NCBI RefSeq assembly: GCF_000737315.1
Contig: NZ_JMCB01000006.1
Span: 20,001 to 268,000 of the forward strand
Origin: Hyalangium minutum
GTDB lineage: Bacteria > Myxococcota > Myxococcia > Myxococcales > Myxococcaceae
Reading direction: 5' to 3'
DNA length: 248,000 bases
The translations under genes and the position numbers were made by a program. This document shows positions 86,039 to 95,625 of the stretch, in pieces. Under the pieces are notes generated by a model. It searched no databases. It had not been told where the DNA came from and saw only the letters and a program-made list of their open reading frames with translations. Every line of letters begins with the position of its first letter. Within the stretch, counting starts at the first letter, position 1.

Positions 86039-87334
86039 ATGACCCCCTCTCAAGCCCTCTTTCTCTCGCTGTGCTTGTTGTCCTCCGCGTGTATCAGCCT
86101 GCCCGACATCGACGATTCGCTTCCTGGGCCAGATGGAGGCCCTCCCATCGATGGTGGCATAGACGGAGGAAACACGGATCAGACGCCTCCGACGCTCGTC
86201 CGCACCACACCGCCACATGGCTCGACCCGAGTGCCCGTCGACTCGACGGTGGAGCTCGAGTTCTCCGAAGCGATGGTGGAGAGCAGCTTGCAGCTCACCT
86301 CGGTGCCAACGGTGTCCTTCACATTGGAGTCCTGGGCCTCCGAGTCGAAGCGCGCCGTCTTCCGCCCCTCAGCGCCCCTGGCCCAGGATCAGCAATACGC
86401 GCTCACGGCCGAGGGCAAGGACCTGGCGGGCAACACCCTCACGGGTAGTCACAGCTTTGCCTTCACCACGGTGGGCCCTGCGCCGGACACCACACCTCCC
86501 ACCCTCGTCAGCACTTCGCCCACGAATCGAGCCTTGGCCCTTCCCAGAGACACCAAGATCAAGCTCACCTTCTCCGAACCAATGAATCGCGCATCGGTGG
86601 AACGGGCCTTTTCAATCGTATCGCCGATGGAGGCTCAGGCAGGGACTATGGCCTGGAACTCGACAGGCACAGTTGCCGAGTTCACTCCGGACACCTTGCT
86701 CCCCTACACTTCAACCGTCGCCTGGGAACTCTCGGCAGCAGCGACAGACCTCGTGGGAAACGCGCTGAGCCCAGCTTCATCGCTGTTCTACGTCGCCACT
86801 CAGCGGACCTACTCACTCACTCCAATGAATATTGGTAGTGAATCTCATCTATCAAGCACCACACCGGCCGCTCAGATCGTCCCCTGGAATATCGGGGACG
86901 ATGCATCAAACAGACCTCTCCAGGTATTTCTCTCTTTTCATCTGCAGCCTCTGTTCGACTCACAAGTGACCCGGATCCTCTCCGCCAGCCTGAGATGGCC
87001 TCATGTCGATCCTGGTATTTCCACTTTCGATTCCTTGGGCAGGTTCGCCGTAGACCTCGTGAGTTACCCCCCCTCGAACTCAAACGCTTTCACCACAGCC
87101 CCCATCGGGCAGCCTCTCTTCCTGACCTACCAGGATTTAGGCGGCGCCTCGGACATCACCACGGTCAATGTCACTCCCATGGTGCTGGACTCATGGGCGA
87201 ATCAGGCTTCCCGCTATGAACGCGCGCAGTTCAGGCTCAGCTTCGAATCCTGGACAGACCAGGACAGCACCCCCGACTTCCTTCAAGTCAATCCGTTTTA
87301 TCTCGTGCTGACAGTCACTTGCGAGCAACCGTAG
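86039..87334 (+). CDS. Ig-like (Big_5) domain lipoprotein
   Basis: Lipobox LSSAC, two D.TPP..FSE.M Big_5 domains, lower-GC C-domain. Confidence 0.8.
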   Translation: MTPSQALFLSLCLLSSACISLPDIDDSLPGPDGGPPIDGGIDGGNTDQTPPTLVRTTPPHGSTRVPVDSTVELEFSEAMVESSLQLTSVPTVSFTLESWASESKRAVFRPSAPLAQDQQYALTAEGKDLAGNTLTGSHSFAFTTVGPAPDTTPPTLVSTSPTNRALALPRDTKIKLTFSEPMNRASVERAFSIVSPMEAQAGTMAWNSTGTVAEFTPDTLLPYTSTVAWELSAAATDLVGNALSPASSLFYVATQRTYSLTPMNIGSESHLSSTTPAAQIVPWNIGDDASNRPLQVFLSFHLQPLFDSQVTRILSASLRWPHVDPGISTFDSLGRFAVDLVSYPPSNSNAFTTAPIGQPLFLTYQDLGGASDITTVNVTPMVLDSWANQASRYERAQFRLSFESWTDQDSTPDFLQVNPFYLVLTVTCEQP

Positions 87335-87375
87335 GACGCGGGCCGCATCTCAGGCTGCCCCTGCCGCAGTGACAG

Positions 87376-87417
87376 AAAAAAAACGCCGCCCCCCCGGAAA
87401 GGCTCCGAGAGGGCGGC
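87376..87417 (-). terminator. Intrinsic terminator
   Basis: gccgccc...gggcggc stem preceded by A8 run. Confidence 0.8.
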
Positions 87418-87452
87418 AGGACTGCGTTCAGCCCGTGTTCAGCGCTGCGTCA

Positions 87453-89117
87453 TCACGGCGCAGCGACGGGCACGGCGATCGGGGTGATCAGCGAGCCGTT
87501 GACGGTGATGTCGGCCGTCTGAGCCACACCCCAGCCGGACTCATAGGCATCGACGCTCGGGGTCAGCTTGCTGAAGTGGATGAACAGGCTGGTGCCCGGC
87601 TGCAAGGAGACGAAGGTCGCCGAAGGCGTCGCCGGCGGCGAGTAGGTGAAGGAGAAGCGGGTGCTGTAGCCCGAGGTGTCGAACGGGAAGACCGGCTCCT
87701 CGGCGGGAGTCCGGGTCGCGATGGGCTTGGTGGGCTCCGCCATCTGCAGCGTGAAGCCAACGCCGGTGCTGCGGCCCGTGGACGGATCGCGCTCGCCCGT
87801 CGCGTCACCTATCTTGCCGCTCCCGTTGAGATCCAGTCCTACATAGACCTGCGCGTACTGGGTCTCGAGCAGCGGCGTCATCACCTGGTTGAAGTTCACG
87901 TACACGGTCTCGAGGCGGTCGATGAGGCCGTTGTTCGTGGTCACCTCCTGGAACCTCACGCTCTCGACGGCGATGGCCGGCGGGCTGCTCAGATCACCGC
88001 CGAAGAACGCCACCGTCGAACCGGTGGTGAAGGGAGCGCCGCCGGCGAGCGGCACGGCGCGGATATACAGGTTGTACTCGCGGCCTGCGGACAGCGCCTG
88101 GCCCGGCTTGATGGTCAGCACCGTGCCGCCACCCGTCACGTCCCTGGAGACGGCCAGGCTCTCCTTGCCGTACTCGTCCGTCAGCCCCACCACCACCGAG
88201 CTGGCCTGCACCGGCTGGTTGAAGACGATGTAGATACCGTCGGTCGGCTTGACCATGTTGTGCTGCGGCTTGGTCTGGAGGTTGCCGGGCTGCAGCGCCC
88301 CCAGGCTGCTGTACCTCACCGCCAGGGCTTCGCCCGGGCTATAGGCCGGAGGCAGCCGCTCCGTCTTCACCGTGCCCTGCCTCACCAGGTCCGTAGCCGG
88401 GTAGTTAATCACCAGTCCGCCCGCCTCGTAGATGCCGTCGCCGTTGGTGTCCAGCGCGTTGACCGACAGCAGGTAGCTGCCGCCCAGACGGGACAGCTCG
88501 ACCGGCGAAGGGACCTTATCAAAGGTGATGAGACCGTTGTTGTCCGACACCGCCTCCACCACCACGCGGCTCGTGGTCGACTCGGACAGGCCGAAGAGCA
88601 CGCGGCCCGCGGGGTTCACGTCCAGCGTGCCACGCGCATTCGCCGCAGGGCGGCCATCCGGCCCGAACAGGTAGAACTTCACCGAGCCATTCAGCTCCGA
88701 CAGCAGCACCGGGCCAAAGCTCGCGTTGCCGTTGTTGATGGGCACATTGCCCGCGGTGCTCGGGACCACCGAGGAGGCGCGCAGCGAGGCGAAGCCGTCC
88801 TTGCTGAACGTCAGCAGCACCTGGGCGCCGCCCGGCACATCCTTGAAGATGAAGTTGCCGCCGGCATCCGTCGTCACCGGAGCCACCGTCGCGCTGCCGA
88901 TCGTCATCGTGACGTTGACGCTCGCCAGCGGCTGCTGCTGGGTCGTCAGCACCTGGCCGGAGACCGTGCCCTTCGGCGTCGCAGGAACCACCACCGATAC
89001 GTTGTTCGGATCCTGGATACCGTCCGCAATTCCGTCACCGTTGGCGTCCTCGGCACCACCGCACCCGGCCATCAGAAACGGCACGAGGGCCATTGCCAGC
89101 TTCTTCATCGTCCCCAC
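87453..89117 (-). CDS. Carboxypeptidase-regulatory-like/Ig-like lipoprotein
   Basis: Lipobox MAGC, DANGDGIADG, beta-sandwich domains. Confidence 0.75.
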   Translation of the reverse strand: MGTMKKLAMALVPFLMAGCGGAEDANGDGIADGIQDPNNVSVVVPATPKGTVSGQVLTTQQQPLASVNVTMTIGSATVAPVTTDAGGNFIFKDVPGGAQVLLTFSKDGFASLRASSVVPSTAGNVPINNGNASFGPVLLSELNGSVKFYLFGPDGRPAANARGTLDVNPAGRVLFGLSESTTSRVVVEAVSDNNGLITFDKVPSPVELSRLGGSYLLSVNALDTNGDGIYEAGGLVINYPATDLVRQGTVKTERLPPAYSPGEALAVRYSSLGALQPGNLQTKPQHNMVKPTDGIYIVFNQPVQASSVVVGLTDEYGKESLAVSRDVTGGGTVLTIKPGQALSAGREYNLYIRAVPLAGGAPFTTGSTVAFFGGDLSSPPAIAVESVRFQEVTTNNGLIDRLETVYVNFNQVMTPLLETQYAQVYVGLDLNGSGKIGDATGERDPSTGRSTGVGFTLQMAEPTKPIATRTPAEEPVFPFDTSGYSTRFSFTYSPPATPSATFVSLQPGTSLFIHFSKLTPSVDAYESGWGVAQTADITVNGSLITPIAVPVAAP

Positions 89118-89245
89118 CTTGAGAGTTTTCTGAGAAGTTCACGCCGCGACACAGGGCGGCGACGGGACACTCTCCGACTCGGGGGGCGGACGTCAAGAGA
89201 GTGACAGTCGGATCAACCCAGGACGTCCTGCTAGGGTTTACCCAC

Positions 89246-89695
89246 ATGTCCGACGTGAACGACCCTTGCCTGGGGTGCGCCGTGGTGAGCGGCGCCACCC
89301 GCCCCGTGGGAGGCATCCTCGCCCGCGCGCCCGGCCTGGTGCTCCATGGCGTGGCCGGCCCCAGCCCCGTGCCCGGCTGGGTGGTCATCTCCAGCGAGCG
89401 CCATGTGCGCGGCCTGTACGACTTGGACGAGCCCACCGCCCGGGAGCTGGGCGCCTTCGCGGCCCGGGTGATGCGTGCTCAGCGCCAAGCGCTCGGCGCC
89501 GCGCATGCCTACGCCTTCGCCATCGGCGACGTGCTGCGCCACTTCCACCTGCACCTCGTGCCCCGCTACCGGGACACGCCCCCCCACCTGTGGGGCCGGG
89601 CCGTCTTCGAGGCCTCCGCCCAGGAGCACCTCCCCGCCGAGCAGCTGGAGGCTGCGGCCCAGACCCTTGCCGCGGCGCTGGCCTCCGAGTCCTGA
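89246..89695 (+). CDS. HIT family protein
   Basis: HFHLHLVPR histidine triad. Confidence 0.9.
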   Translation: MSDVNDPCLGCAVVSGATRPVGGILARAPGLVLHGVAGPSPVPGWVVISSERHVRGLYDLDEPTARELGAFAARVMRAQRQALGAAHAYAFAIGDVLRHFHLHLVPRYRDTPPHLWGRAVFEASAQEHLPAEQLEAAAQTLAAALASES

Positions 89696-89801
89696 GCCCC
89701 ACGGGCCGCCGCCTGCCTGCCCCCGCCCAAGTCCGGAGGCCAGGATTTCTCAGGGGCCCGTGGACCTCTCCCCTCGGGGTAGGGAGAATGCCGACTCTCC
89801 C

Positions 89802-92672
89802 ATGATTTCGCTTCGTCCCACCCTGCTCGCCCTGACCCTGCTGCTCGTGCCACCCCTGGCGCGGGCCAACAACACCGCAGACGAGGCGGATGTCGCCTTC
89901 GAGCTGGGCAACGAAGCCTATGCCAAGGGCAACTACAACGAGGCCCTCGGCTCCTACTTCGCCAGCTACCGGCTCGTCCCCAACCGCAACGTCCTCTTCA
90001 ACATCGCCCGCTGCTACGAGGCTCAGAACCGCTTCAACGAGGCCTACCGCTACTACAACGACTTGCTCAGCGAGGGCCTGCCGGACGACGACTCCGCCGA
90101 GGTGAAGCGCTCGCTGGAGCGGCTCCGTCCCAAGGTGGCGCTGATCCGCGTGGCCACCTCGCCCGAGGGCGCCGAGGTCTACATCGACCGCACGGACCTG
90201 GGCAGCCGCGGGCGCTCGCCTCAGACGCTGGCCCTGTCGCCGGGCCGCCACAAGGTCATGGTGAAGAAGGAGGGCTACCGTCCCGCCGAGGCCAACGTCG
90301 TGCTCACGCGCGGCCGCTCCGTGACGCAGAGCTTCGAGCTGCCCCTCATCACCGGCACCGTGGAGGTCTCCGGCACCCCCGAGGATGCCGAGGTCCGCAC
90401 CGCCCAGGACGGCCCTGTCGTCGCCACGGTGCCCGGCAAGCTCGTCCTCCCTCCCGGCCAGCACGTGCTCTACGTGCGCGCCCAGGGCCACGCGCCCGCG
90501 CAGCTCGTGGTCGAAGTGCCCGCCGATGGCACCGTGAAGGTGCCCGTGGCGCTCGGCAGCCAGGCCAAGCCCACGGGCCGCCTCGTCGTCACCGCCAACC
90601 GCGATAACGCCGCCGTGCGCGTGGACGGCAAGCCCGTAGGCTTCACCCCCACGGTGCTCACCCTCACCGAGGGAGACCACGTCCTCGAGGTGGAGAGCCT
90701 CGAGGTGCGCCCCCTGCGCCAGACGGTGACGGTGGTGGCGGATCAGGAGATCAAGGTCTTCGCCGAGCTGCGCTACTCCCCGCCTCCCGTGCGCGCCGCC
90801 TCCAAGGGCCTCACCTCCGTGGACGAGGCCCCCGCCTCCACCACCGTGCTCACCCAGGAGGAGCTGCGCGCCTTCGGCTGGCAGACGCTCGCCCAGGCCA
90901 TCGCGGGCGTGCGCGGCTTCTTCCTCTCGGACGACCGCACCTACAACTACATCGGCGTGCGCGGCTTCTCCCCGCCGGGAGACCTCAACACCCGCATCCT
91001 CATCCTCTGGGATGGGCATTCCATGAACGACGTGTGGGCCGGCCAGGGCTACGCGGGGCATGACCTCTCGGTGAATCTGGAGGAGGTGGAGCGCATCGAG
91101 GTGGTCCGCGGCCCGGGCAGCGCGCTCTACGGCACGGGCGCCTTCTTCGCCGTCATCAACGTGGTGCCGCGTGAGTCCCTGGGCGTGCAGAAGCACGTGG
91201 AGGTGACGGGCACGGTGGGAGCGCTGGGGACACTGGGAGTGAACGCCGCGGCGGCCTGGGAGGGCGGCCAGGACCGCTCCGTGCTGGTGTCCGCGGCGCT
91301 GGTGCACGCCACGGGCGCCGAGACGACGCTGCTGGACCCTACCACCCGGGTGGTGGGGCTCGACGGCGAGCGCGCCCTGAGCGGCTCCGTGTACGCGCGC
91401 CTCGGCCACCTCACCCTCATGGGCCGCCTCAACAGCCGCGTGAAGGCCATCCCCACCGGCCCCTTCGGCAGCGCCATTGGCGTGGAGGGCACCCAGTCGT
91501 TGGACACGCGCGGCTTCCTCGAGGCGCGCTATGAGCGGCCCCTGAGCGACACCCTCCAGCTCTCCCTGCGGGGCTCGTTCGACCTGAGCCGCTACCGCGG
91601 CGACCGGGCCTATGAAGTCAACGGCGGAGAGAGCTACAACCTGGAGAGCGAGGGCGGCCGCGCCGACTGGGTCTCCGCCGAAGCGCGCCTGCGCATGGCC
91701 GTGTTCGACGGCAACGCCCTCACCCTGGGCCTGGAGGGCCAGGGCCAGCTCCGGGTGGAGCAGGAGACGTACGGCCTGAACGGCGGCATCCCGCTGCCCA
91801 CCAAGACGCGCACGCTGCTGTCGCTCTACCTGATGGACGAGTGGCGCCTGCACCCGCGGCTGAGCCTGTCCGCGGGCCTGCGCGTGGACAAGTACCTGGA
91901 CCTGGACGCCATTCCCATCACCCCGCGCCTGGCCCTCATCGCCCGGCCCTACACCGCGGGCCTCACCAAGCTCGTCGCCGGCCGCGCCTTCCGCGCCCCC
92001 AACGTCTACGAGCTGTTCTACGAGGACAAGCTGGAGACGCAGCGGCCCGCCGAGGGGCTGGATCCGGAGACCATCACCACCTTCGAGGTGGAGCACTCGC
92101 ACGACCTGACGGACGAGCTGCGCCTCACCGTGGCGGGCTACCACAACCGCATCTCCAACCTGGTGACGCTGGCCACGGACGCACTGCCCCAGCCCCAGTG
92201 CGGCACCCCTACCGAACCCGCGCAGTGCTTCGTGTTCGCCAACAGCGCCACGGAGACGCTCGCGTGGGGCGCGGAGGCCGGCGTGCACTGGCAGCCCGGC
92301 CGCTTCCTGCTGGTGGACCTGAGCTACTCCTACGTCACCCTGCGCCACGTGCTCGACGAGGTCCGCGACGCCAAGCCCGCCCACATCGTCTCGGGCCGGA
92401 TGATGCTGCCGCTGGGCACGGGCGAGGTGCGGCTGGCCACGCAGGCCACCTACCAGAGCGCGCGCAACGGCGACTCGGACGGCACCAAGATTGGCGAGGC
92501 GCTGCTCATCGCGCTGGGCGTCTCGGGCGAGTACTCGCGCTTCCGCTACTTCGCGGGCGTGCAGAACCTGCTGGACGAGCAGTATGTGCTGCCGGTGAAC
92601 TCGGAGACCTCGGCGCGGCCCGTCCCCCAGTACGGCCGCACCTTCACCCTGCAGCTGACGGGCTCCTACTGA
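89802..92672 (+). CDS. TonB-dependent receptor with TPR-like and PEGA N-terminal domains
   Basis: PEGA domains, IEVVRGPGSALYG plug motif, GRAFRAPN, C-terminal QNLLD..GRTF. Confidence 0.9.
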   Translation: MISLRPTLLALTLLLVPPLARANNTADEADVAFELGNEAYAKGNYNEALGSYFASYRLVPNRNVLFNIARCYEAQNRFNEAYRYYNDLLSEGLPDDDSAEVKRSLERLRPKVALIRVATSPEGAEVYIDRTDLGSRGRSPQTLALSPGRHKVMVKKEGYRPAEANVVLTRGRSVTQSFELPLITGTVEVSGTPEDAEVRTAQDGPVVATVPGKLVLPPGQHVLYVRAQGHAPAQLVVEVPADGTVKVPVALGSQAKPTGRLVVTANRDNAAVRVDGKPVGFTPTVLTLTEGDHVLEVESLEVRPLRQTVTVVADQEIKVFAELRYSPPPVRAASKGLTSVDEAPASTTVLTQEELRAFGWQTLAQAIAGVRGFFLSDDRTYNYIGVRGFSPPGDLNTRILILWDGHSMNDVWAGQGYAGHDLSVNLEEVERIEVVRGPGSALYGTGAFFAVINVVPRESLGVQKHVEVTGTVGALGTLGVNAAAAWEGGQDRSVLVSAALVHATGAETTLLDPTTRVVGLDGERALSGSVYARLGHLTLMGRLNSRVKAIPTGPFGSAIGVEGTQSLDTRGFLEARYERPLSDTLQLSLRGSFDLSRYRGDRAYEVNGGESYNLESEGGRADWVSAEARLRMAVFDGNALTLGLEGQGQLRVEQETYGLNGGIPLPTKTRTLLSLYLMDEWRLHPRLSLSAGLRVDKYLDLDAIPITPRLALIARPYTAGLTKLVAGRAFRAPNVYELFYEDKLETQRPAEGLDPETITTFEVEHSHDLTDELRLTVAGYHNRISNLVTLATDALPQPQCGTPTEPAQCFVFANSATETLAWGAEAGVHWQPGRFLLVDLSYSYVTLRHVLDEVRDAKPAHIVSGRMMLPLGTGEVRLATQATYQSARNGDSDGTKIGEALLIALGVSGEYSRFRYFAGVQNLLDEQYVLPVNSETSARPVPQYGRTFTLQLTGSY

Positions 92673-93196
92673 TGAGTGTCTGGACAGAAGCGCGCTCGGC
92701 GGCTCGGGAACTGACGGACGCGGCCGTGCGCACGGCGTACCGCGGCGCGTACTCGCTGGCCATGGCGTACTGGTTCGTGCGCCGCCCCTCCACCGGTGGC
92801 GTCTTCGTGGGGGTGTGGCACGGCCGGCGCGTGCTGCTGCTGCAGAACTCCTACAAGCGCCTGTTCAGCATGCCCGGCGGCGGCGCCCACCCGGGCGAGT
92901 CCCACCTGGAGACGGGGCTGCGCGAGCTGCACGAGGAGGTGGGCCTCACCTTGAGCGCCTCCCAGCTCCGCACCGCCCTCGATGTCGTGCACTACGAGGA
93001 GTACAAGCGCGACCACGTCTACTTCCTGGAGGTGGACCTGGACACCGAGCCGGCGCTCACCATCGACCGCCGGGAGGTGGTCTGGGCCGCCTTCCTCGAC
93101 GTGGATGCCGCGCTCCAGCTCCCGGTGGCCTCTCCCATCCGCGACTACCTCACCGAGGCCGCGCGGCGCCGTGCCGCCCCCGCTCCCTCCTCATGA
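92672..93196 (+). CDS. NUDIX hydrolase
   Basis: PGGGAHPGESHLETGLRELHEEVG Nudix box. Confidence 0.88.
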   Translation: MSVWTEARSAARELTDAAVRTAYRGAYSLAMAYWFVRRPSTGGVFVGVWHGRRVLLLQNSYKRLFSMPGGGAHPGESHLETGLRELHEEVGLTLSASQLRTALDVVHYEEYKRDHVYFLEVDLDTEPALTIDRREVVWAAFLDVDAALQLPVASPIRDYLTEAARRRAAPAPSS

Positions 93197-93669
93197 CTCC
93201 CCCCGAGCTGCTCTTCATCCACCCCGAGCACCCGCTCTACCCGGAGGAGCTGGAGCTGCGCTTCCGCGTGCTGCGCGAGCCGCTGGGCCTGCCCCGCTCC
93301 GCCGTCACCTTCCCCTTCGAGGCCCAGAGCCTCCACCTCGTGGCGCGCCAGGGCAGCGCGGTGGTGGGCTGCGTCCTCTTCCACCCCGAGGACACCCACG
93401 GGGGCCGCCTCTTTCAGATGGCCGTCACCCCCACGCTCCAGGGACAGGGGCTGGGCGCGCGGCTCGTGGTGGCGCTGGAGGAGGAGCTGCGGCGGCGGGG
93501 CTTCACGCACGTGCACCTCCACGCCCGCTCCCAGGTGGTCCCCTTCTACGAGCGGCTCGGCTACGCGGTGTACGGCGAGCCCTTCGAGGAGCGGACCCTC
93601 CCTCACCGCCATATGCGCAAGACACTGGCGTCATCTATCCTTCCGGGCCCAAGGAGCCCGGAGGCATGA
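93193..93669 (+). CDS. GNAT family N-acetyltransferase
   Basis: QGQGLGARL, FYERLGY. Confidence 0.9.
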   Translation: MTPPELLFIHPEHPLYPEELELRFRVLREPLGLPRSAVTFPFEAQSLHLVARQGSAVVGCVLFHPEDTHGGRLFQMAVTPTLQGQGLGARLVVALEEELRRRGFTHVHLHARSQVVPFYERLGYAVYGEPFEERTLPHRHMRKTLASSILPGPRSPEA

Positions 93670-94454
93670 CGGCAACCCCCGCACGGACACAGGCCCAGCG
93701 CGCCCAAGCGTTCTTCGAGCTGCACCAGCGCATCCAGCTCATCGACGATGAGAAGGCCCAGGACGCGCTGCTGGAGCAGCTGAAGCACCCCTCGCGGCCC
93801 TACATCGTCTCGTTCGTCAACGCCCACGCGGCGAACCTGGGCTGGAACACCCCGTCCATGCTGGAGAGCCTGCTGCGCTCGGACCTGCTGCTGCGCGACG
93901 GCATCGGCGTGAAGCTGGGGCTCAAGGCGTTCCGGCGTCCGCCCGGGCTGAACATGAACGGCACGGACTTCATCCCCAGGATTGCTCGGGCCTACAAAGG
94001 ACGCCGCGCCGCGCTGTTCGGGACGCAGTCCCCCTGGCTGGACACAGCGCGTCAGAAGCTGGAGGCCGAGGGCCTGGTGGTGGTGGCGTGCCATGAGGGC
94101 TTCTCGCCGCCAGAGACGTACCTGGAGCTGGCCGAGAAGACGCAGCCAGAGCTCATCATCCTGGCCATGGGCATGCCCAAGCAGGAGGACATCGCCGTGA
94201 AGCTGCGGGAGCGGCTGGCCCACCCAGTGCTCATCGTCAACGGGGGCGCCATCCTGGATTTCCTGGGAGGCAAGGTAACCCGGGCTCCGGAAGCCATGCG
94301 CAACATCGGCATGGAGTGGGTGTATCGCCTCTACTTGGAACCCAAGCGATTGGCCAAGCGCTACCTGTGGGGCATCCCCGTCTTCTTTTCGCACGTAGCA
94401 GTCACGCGCTTGGTCGGTCCCCGGACACCCGAGGGTGAGGGCAGGTCCTCGTGA
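93666..94454 (+). CDS. epsA: WecB/TagA/CpsF glycosyltransferase (EpsA-like)
   Basis: DGIGV, NGTDF, MGMPKQE, GMEWVYRL; flanks eps locus. Confidence 0.88.
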   Translation: MTATPARTQAQRAQAFFELHQRIQLIDDEKAQDALLEQLKHPSRPYIVSFVNAHAANLGWNTPSMLESLLRSDLLLRDGIGVKLGLKAFRRPPGLNMNGTDFIPRIARAYKGRRAALFGTQSPWLDTARQKLEAEGLVVVACHEGFSPPETYLELAEKTQPELIILAMGMPKQEDIAVKLRERLAHPVLIVNGGAILDFLGGKVTRAPEAMRNIGMEWVYRLYLEPKRLAKRYLWGIPVFFSHVAVTRLVGPRTPEGEGRSS

Positions 94455-94500
94455 CCCCCCCTTGTCCCCAAACGGAAAGTGCGCGTTCCTAAGGCTCCCG

Positions 94501-95625
94501 ATGGACACTGTTCGCGCCCACCAGGACTTCCTGCGCACCCGAATCTTCCCCGGACTGGATGGGCTGCGTTGCGTGAGCATCCTGCTGGTGATGGCCCACC
94601 ACGTCTCTGGCCTGCACCACGGCTTCCTGGGCCGAGGCTACCTGGGCGTGTCGCTCTTCTTCGCCATCAGCGGGTTCCTCATCACCTCGCTGCTCTTGCG
94701 TGAGCGGGACGCGCACGGGTTCATCTCCCTGGGGCGCTTCTACGGCCGGCGCTCGCTGCGCATCTTCCCGCTCTACTATGCGGTGCTGAGCGTCTACGTG
94801 GTGCTGGTGCTCCTCTTCGAGAAAGGAGCGCAGGAGAAGGCGGACTTCTTCGCCAACCTTCCGGCCTTCCTCACGTACACCTCCAACTGGTTCGTGCCGC
94901 AGGAGCCGAACACCCGGATCATCTTCTACTTCGCCTGGTCCCTGGCCACCGAAGAGCAGTTCTACCTGCTGTGGCCCGGCGTCATGCGCGTGGCCCACCG
95001 GTGGGGCGCGGTGGCCTTCATGGCGGGGCTGCTCGCCATCTCGCTCTGGGCGCCCTGGGCCGTGGAGACGGGGCGACTGGATGGCACCCTGATGTCGGTG
95101 CGCATCCTCGCCAGCTTCGCCGCGCCCATCTGCATGGGGTGCCTGGCGGCCTATGCCGTGCACTCGCCCGTGGGCTTCGCGTGGGTGTACCGCGTGCTCG
95201 GCTACAAGTGGATGCCTCCCCTGCTGCTGGTGCTCACGCTGGCCGCCGTGGCGACGAACGGCGTGCCCTACGGCCTCACCTCGCTGGTGATGACGGCGCT
95301 GGTGGTGTCCGCCTGCCTGCGGACGGACCACCTGCTGATGCCCGCGCTCACGCTGGCGCCCATCCGCCACATCGGGGTGATCAGCTACGGCGTGTACCTG
95401 CTGCACATGATCTGCCTGAACCTGGTGCGCCGCGCGGTGCCCGGCCAGGGCTTCGCCGTCACCTTCCTGGTGACCCTGGGCGTGACGGTGGTGGCGGCCA
95501 CGCTGAGCTACCGCTACTTCGAGAGCTGGTTCCTGCGCCTCAAGGAGCGCCTGGCCGCCGGCCCTGCCCCGGCGAAGGCTTCCCCGGCGCCTTCGACGGC
95601 TCCAGCATCAAGTCCAATACCGTGA
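94501..95625 (+). CDS. Acyltransferase-3 family polysaccharide O-acyltransferase
   Basis: LDGLR, FFAISGFLIT, WSLATEEQFY, ISYGVYLLH. Confidence 0.92.
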   Translation: MDTVRAHQDFLRTRIFPGLDGLRCVSILLVMAHHVSGLHHGFLGRGYLGVSLFFAISGFLITSLLLRERDAHGFISLGRFYGRRSLRIFPLYYAVLSVYVVLVLLFEKGAQEKADFFANLPAFLTYTSNWFVPQEPNTRIIFYFAWSLATEEQFYLLWPGVMRVAHRWGAVAFMAGLLAISLWAPWAVETGRLDGTLMSVRILASFAAPICMGCLAAYAVHSPVGFAWVYRVLGYKWMPPLLLVLTLAAVATNGVPYGLTSLVMTALVVSACLRTDHLLMPALTLAPIRHIGVISYGVYLLHMICLNLVRRAVPGQGFAVTFLVTLGVTVVAATLSYRYFESWFLRLKERLAAGPAPAKASPAPSTAPASSPIP

